The position numbers and the translations under genes were made by a program. From Candidatus Eiseniibacteriota bacterium (GTDB lineage: Bacteria; Eisenbacteria; RBG-16-71-46; CAIMUX01; VGJL01): DNA of 64,000 nucleotides. The stretch lies in NCBI GenBank assembly GCA_963792585.1, contig CAWBWI010000006.1, forward strand, positions 864,001 through 928,000. The letters run 5' to 3'. The first letter of the stretch is position 1, and every line of letters begins with the position of its first letter. This document shows positions 59,677 to 64,000 of the stretch, in pieces. A model generated the notes under the pieces. It worked only from the letters and a program-made list of their open reading frames with translations, had not been told where the DNA came from and did not search any database.

Positions 59677-60666
59677 ATGCGAGCAATTGTTCACACGGAA
59701 TACGGATCCCCGGAGGTACTTCGGCTCCAGGAGATAGAAAGACCCACTCCTCGGGACAACGAAGTACTGGTGAAGGTCTTTGCGGCATCCGTGAACGCAT
59801 ATGATTGGCATCTGCTGACCGCGGACATCTTCCTGGTTCGTCTCATGGGTGGAGGGTTGCTCAAACCCAAGAGCACCATACGGGGCGCGGACATTTCCGG
59901 GCGGATCGCGGAGACCGGAAAGAGCGTCACGCAGTTCCGGCCGGGCGATGAAGTGTTCGGGGATATTGCTGCATGCGGTAGTGGCGGGTTTGCCGAGTAC
60001 GTGTCGGTTCCCGAAGGTCTACTGGCGCGAAAACCCTCCAATCTGGCTTTCGAGGACGCAGCGGCCGTGCCCATGGCGGCCATCACCGCCCTGCAGGGCC
60101 TGCGCGATCGAGGCCACATCCAACCTGCGCAAAGCGTCCTGATCCAGGGGGCATCGGGTGGGGTGGGGACGTTTGCCGTCCAGATTGCCAAGTCGTTCGG
60201 GGCCGAGGTCACTGCCGTCTGCAGCACGAGGAATCTGGATCAGGCCCGTTCGCTCGGGGCAGACCACGTCATCGACTACACCAAGGAGGACTTCACCAGG
60301 AGCGGGCAGCAGTACGATCTGATCTTCGCCGCCAACGGATACCATCCGCTCTCGGCCTATCGGCGTGCCCTGACCCCCCGGGGCATCTACGTCATGGCCG
60401 GCGGCACCAAGGCCCAGATCTTCGAGGCCATGCTCCTGGGACCATGGATGTCGATGACCGGCGGCAAGAAGATGCGAGGCGTCTCGGCAAGGACAAGTCG
60501 ACAGGACCTGGCGTTCCTAGCCGGGCTCTTGGAATCCGGCAAAGTCGTTCCCGCCGTCGATCGACGTTACCCTCTCGAGGAGACGGCGGAGGCCCTCCGG
60601 TATCTCGGCACAGGACACGCCCGAGGAAAGGTGGTCATCACGGTGGAACATGGGGGCAATGCTTGA
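59677..60666 (+). CDS. NAD(P)-dependent medium-chain (zinc-type/quinone) oxidoreductase
   Basis: YG.PEVL, V.AASVN..DW, G.D..G, GGFAEY, GASGGVGTFAVQ.AK, GADHVIDY, H.RGKVVI. Confidence 0.92.
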   Translation: MRAIVHTEYGSPEVLRLQEIERPTPRDNEVLVKVFAASVNAYDWHLLTADIFLVRLMGGGLLKPKSTIRGADISGRIAETGKSVTQFRPGDEVFGDIAACGSGGFAEYVSVPEGLLARKPSNLAFEDAAAVPMAAITALQGLRDRGHIQPAQSVLIQGASGGVGTFAVQIAKSFGAEVTAVCSTRNLDQARSLGADHVIDYTKEDFTRSGQQYDLIFAANGYHPLSAYRRALTPRGIYVMAGGTKAQIFEAMLLGPWMSMTGGKKMRGVSARTSRQDLAFLAGLLESGKVVPAVDRRYPLEETAEALRYLGTGHARGKVVITVEHGGNA

Positions 60667-60757
60667 CCCCGTGTTGCAGGCGACGGTGCTTTGCTCGCTC
60701 CTCGATGCCCGGGATCCCGACCGTCGGGCATCGCGCGCATAGGCGAGGCAGGGCCGC

Positions 60758-61291
60758 ATGTCGCGAGTAGTCGTCACGGGCGGCCCTGGTGTGGGGAAGA
60801 CCACGCTCTTGCTGGCGCTCCAGGCGCTCGGCCACACCATCGTCGGTGATAGCCCAAGGACCATTATCCAAGACCGTCGTAGACACGGCCTGAGTCCACG
60901 ACCGAATGCGTATGAGTTCGCGCACGAGACGCTACAAATGGACATCGCCAACTTCGAGCTTCACGCCGCGACCCAAGGACACGTCTTCTTCGAGCGAGGC
61001 GTCCTCGATGCGCTCTGCGGACTCGATGCCGTCACCCCCCTGAGCCAGAGAGAGTTGCGCATGTGGCTCTCGAAGTATCGATACTCCAAGATCTTCGTCT
61101 TGCCACCATGGAAGGCGATCTACGTGAACGACGCCGAGCGCGACCACACTTTCGAGCACTTGGAGTCGGTCAACAGGATCACGCAGGAATGGTATCTTCG
61201 ATGCGGGTATCCGATCATCGAGGTGCCTAGACTTCCCGTCGCCGAAAGGTGCACGTTTGTGCTGAAGGAGCTGGCAGACGGCGACGCCTGA
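60758..61291 (+). CDS. AAA_28-type P-loop ATPase/kinase
   Basis: VVTGGPG.GKTTL, VFF(E/D)RG..D, VF.LPPW..IY..D.ER. Confidence 0.88.
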   Translation: MSRVVVTGGPGVGKTTLLLALQALGHTIVGDSPRTIIQDRRRHGLSPRPNAYEFAHETLQMDIANFELHAATQGHVFFERGVLDALCGLDAVTPLSQRELRMWLSKYRYSKIFVLPPWKAIYVNDAERDHTFEHLESVNRITQEWYLRCGYPIIEVPRLPVAERCTFVLKELADGDA

Positions 61292-61355
61292 CACGCCGAT
61301 GCACAGGATCCACGAGGCGTTCCGCGGTGGATCCATCTCCGTGCGCCGGTCAGAC
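61286..61355. repeat. 70-bp imperfect palindrome between convergent genes (terminator or attC-like remnant)
   Basis: GCCTGAC...GCAC-A-GGATCCAC...GTGGATCC...GTGC...GTCAGAC; the stop codon lies inside the left arm. Confidence 0.4.
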
Positions 61356-61363
61356 CCGTGCAG

Positions 61364-62101
61364 CTACTTCGACGGAACATTGATGAGGACGGGAAGCTTC
61401 CCCTTCCAGTCGTCCCACGTCCTCGGGTCCATAGCGAGTCGACCCATGAAGTGCGCGACGTTGGCCATGTTGGACTTGCCGGGAGCGAAAAGACTGCTCA
61501 CGAGGTACTCGTGCACCTCGTACTCCGAGACATCTCCCTCCAAGAGCGAATCCGGCCGGACCGCCGCCCACTGGATGCATGGGTGAGAGGTCCCGATGCT
61601 CTTGTACAAGAACTCCGCGGCACGCTGGTTATCCATGGCCGGGGGGACCAAGCCGCGGAGCATCCACATGGCCGCCCTCTCCCGCCGTCCGCGAATCGCA
61701 TCCAGGCCTTCCGGGTGATGGACCGAAACGCTGCTCATGAGGATGAACTTGACCGGCTGCACGGGATGCAGCGACTCGATCGCCCGGCACAGCCTTGCCG
61801 TGGCCCGCGTCACGAGATCGCGCGGCGGCCCAAAGATGCCCGCAAGGCTGATGACGTGACCAAGGCAACAGATGACGGCATCGCAACCTCGAACCTGGTC
61901 CCGGAGTTCCTCGTCGCTCAGAGACGGCAGGTCCGCCTCGAGGACGCGCACCTTTGGGTCGGCGGCGACGCTTTCCGGAAGTTTCCCGGAAGATCGGACC
62001 ACCGTGCGGACGTTGACGTCGTGGCTCCGCAGTTCTTTCAGAACGCGCCGGCCCGTGCGCCCGGTGCCACCGAGGAGCAGAACGGTCTGCAGTTCAGGCA
62101 T
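61364..62101 (-). CDS. NAD(P)H-binding atypical SDR (BVR-B-like) oxidoreductase
   Basis: VLLLGGTGRTG, DAVI.CLGH, W..VRPD.L. Confidence 0.85.
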   Translation of the reverse strand: MPELQTVLLLGGTGRTGRRVLKELRSHDVNVRTVVRSSGKLPESVAADPKVRVLEADLPSLSDEELRDQVRGCDAVICCLGHVISLAGIFGPPRDLVTRATARLCRAIESLHPVQPVKFILMSSVSVHHPEGLDAIRGRRERAAMWMLRGLVPPAMDNQRAAEFLYKSIGTSHPCIQWAAVRPDSLLEGDVSEYEVHEYLVSSLFAPGKSNMANVAHFMGRLAMDPRTWDDWKGKLPVLINVPSK

Positions 62102-62155
62102 CCCGGAGTCTCCGGCTGGTGATGCCTTCGAAGCGCCGATGGCTCGGGGATTTGC

Positions 62156-62734
62156 TCACGGCCGCGTCCCACCCGGGGTGGCGAAGTCGACGTCCTCCGC
62201 CGTGGCGGTGCCGTTCGTGCGGTCCGGGTAGCTCACCCACTTCATCGCGACGTTGAGCTCATGGATAACATTCACCGCCTCGATGCGCACGCCGTTGTCG
62301 AGATCCATGCTCTGGGTGGTGTGCGCGTCCTTGACCAGGGTCAAGTCGTAGCCACGCTCGAGCGCGCCATACGCCGTCGCCCGGATGCACCAGTTGGTCG
62401 CGGCTCCAGCCAGCACGAGGTGGGTCGCGCCGAGCTTCGCGAGCACCTCTTCGAGCGCCGTCTTCTCGAACGACGAGTTGAATCCCTTGTGGATCCGCGT
62501 CTCGCCCTCCGCGGGCACCAGTTCGGGCACCCACTGCCAGTCCGAGCTCCCATGCGGCAACTCATCATCGGCGTGCTGCACCCAGATCACAGGTGCACCC
62601 TGGGCTCGAGCCCGCTCGACCGCGCGGGCCACGTTCTTGATGATCTGGGGCGCATCCCATGCCTCCCGCACCACGCCGACCTGCACGTCGACGACCAGCA
62701 GGACTCCCTTGCTGCCCTCGCGCACCGTTGCCAT
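62156..62734 (-). CDS. Isochorismatase-family cysteine hydrolase
   Basis: LLVVDVQ, PVIWVQH, K...SSF, GA.T.WC.RAT, LV.DAHTT. Confidence 0.92.
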   Translation of the reverse strand: MATVREGSKGVLLVVDVQVGVVREAWDAPQIIKNVARAVERARAQGAPVIWVQHADDELPHGSSDWQWVPELVPAEGETRIHKGFNSSFEKTALEEVLAKLGATHLVLAGAATNWCIRATAYGALERGYDLTLVKDAHTTQSMDLDNGVRIEAVNVIHELNVAMKWVSYPDRTNGTATAEDVDFATPGGTRP

Positions 62735-62736
62735 TT

Positions 62737-63474
62737 CTATGACCTCCTGTAGACCGAGACGTGGCCCTTGCTTGCCTTGGTGAACGGCCGCCGGTCCCAG
62801 TCGCCCCAGCGTTCCTCGAGCTCGAGACCGGCGAGCTGTCCCATCAAGTCTAGCTCCGACGGCCAGGCGTACCGAAGCCTCACGGGAAAGAAGCGCGGTC
62901 CGCCGGCGCCCAGGCTCACGTGTGTGGCCACGACGAGCTGCCGGACCGTGTCGATTTCCGCCACGTCGAAGCGGACCTCCGTTTGATTCTGCGTGATGAG
63001 TCGCATGTCCTGCCCGTCCCGGAACCGGCCGAGGTCGGGAACGAACAGCTCGAGGACGAAGCGGCCCCCCGGCGCCAGGTGAGCCGTCGCATTCCGGAAG
63101 CAGCGAACCTGATCATCCTGGGTCTGCAGATTGAAGAACGTGTTGAAGACGACGTAGATGAGGGCGAACTCACCTTCGGCGGCCACCTCCGCGAAGTCTC
63201 CCATGACGACAGGAATCTCGCTCCCTCCGGGCTTGGACCGAAGCTTGGCCACCATCTCCAGAGAGGCATCGATCCCGGTAGTATCGACGCCGGCTTCGCG
63301 AAGCGGCAAGGCGACCCGTCCCGTGCCGATTCCCAGCTCCAGAGCCCGGCCGTTCCCGGCGAGATTCTTCAGCGTGGCGACTGTGGCCGGATCGTAGGCG
63401 TCGTAGTACCGGTCGTAGACGTCGGCGATCTGGTCGCCGTAGGTTCGGATGCCATAGTCGTTGGATTCGGTCAT
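62737..63474 (-). CDS. Class I SAM-dependent methyltransferase
   Basis: ALELGIGTGR.A.PL, GIDAS..M, VFNT.FNL, HL.PGG.FV.E, RY.WPSELDLM. Confidence 0.92.
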   Translation of the reverse strand: MTESNDYGIRTYGDQIADVYDRYYDAYDPATVATLKNLAGNGRALELGIGTGRVALPLREAGVDTTGIDASLEMVAKLRSKPGGSEIPVVMGDFAEVAAEGEFALIYVVFNTFFNLQTQDDQVRCFRNATAHLAPGGRFVLELFVPDLGRFRDGQDMRLITQNQTEVRFDVAEIDTVRQLVVATHVSLGAGGPRFFPVRLRYAWPSELDLMGQLAGLELEERWGDWDRRPFTKASKGHVSVYRRS

Positions 63475-63639
63475 GGCTTGGTCACCTCCTGTCCAGCAGG
63501 ACTTCCGTGGATGCTCACCGCAAGGCTACTCCATGGGCGGCCGCCGAAGGGATCCCTGGCTGGGCATGGTCACGCGGGGCGTTCGAGAACGGGAGCGCCG
63601 CGGCCCATGAAAGCCCGCGGATGGGGGCAAAGAAAAGGA

Positions 63640-64000
63640 CTACCGGTAGATCCCCTTGACGGCGCCCCAGGTGGTGTCCTTCGTCGGCACAACGCCACAC
63701 TCGAACTCCTGGCTGGCGTCGAAGACCACAAGTTCGCCAATGACCCAATCCGGGAAGGAGAAGTACACGCTTCGAAACATCGAGTCACATCCCGTGAGAC
63801 CGCCCGCGGCGAGTCGCCCGAGCTGCGGAGGATATGTATGGTCGCCGGCTTGCGCGACGAACCAGTACCGGACAGATGCCGCCACGGGAAAGGAGACAGC
63901 CCCCTCGTAGACGAAGATAGGATAGAAGCCCCCTTGGCAGTACACGAAGGTCTCGCCCGCGTAGTCCGGAATCACATACTCCGCCAACAGATTGTTCGGG
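63640..64000 (-). CDS. 3' end of a secreted-type protein with C-terminal TWGxxKxxYR motif (5' end beyond window)
   Basis: Open to the window edge; ends VVPTKDTTWGAVKGIYR*. Confidence 0.75.
   Translation of the reverse strand, partial: PNNLLAEYVIPDYAGETFVYCQGGFYPIFVYEGAVSFPVAASVRYWFVAQAGDHTYPPQLGRLAAGGLTGCDSMFRSVYFSFPDWVIGELVVFDASQEFECGVVPTKDTTWGAVKGIYR

Overview
High-GC bacterial window with no rRNA, tRNA, CRISPR array, transposase or integrase visible. Several secreted proteins end in FlgD-Ig/T9SS-like C-terminal domains and one ends in a TWGxxKxxYR tail. This suggests an FCB-related candidate lineage such as Eisenbacteria, Krumholzibacteriota or Latescibacterota (inference). Left to right: (1) a poly-gamma-glutamate locus with a secreted, C-terminally tagged CapA fusion, a tagged Ntn-hydrolase, pgsB-pgsC-pgsW and a basic two-repeat protein; (2) nifJ (PFOR) plus a DHOD-like flavoprotein, divergent from (3) a 7-gene multiheme cytochrome locus with 47 c-heme motifs. 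That locus joins lipoprotein cytochromes, a beta-barrel porin, a 13-heme periplasmic cytochrome and adjacent ImcH-like and CbcL-like quinol oxidases, i.e. a candidate complete extracellular electron transfer conduit. Then (4) a RelA/SpoT-like TIGR04552-type gene, a rhodanese-methyltransferase, B3/4 and TonB genes; (5) a cobalamin-riboswitch-controlled BtuB/BtuG-like pair; (6) an orphan type IV pilin with a sigma54 promoter; (7) a secreted Omp28/thioredoxin-fold protein with an in-frame UGA in a UxxC motif followed by a SECIS-like hairpin, a probable selenoprotein missed by the ORF track; (8) a surface-protein operon; and (9) runs of small accessory enzymes plus YchF-like, TPR, ABC and threonine-synthase-like genes. 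Local clusters of frameshifts (7.1-8.8 kb, about 12.56 kb, 25.8-26.3 kb) most likely reflect sequencing/assembly indels.
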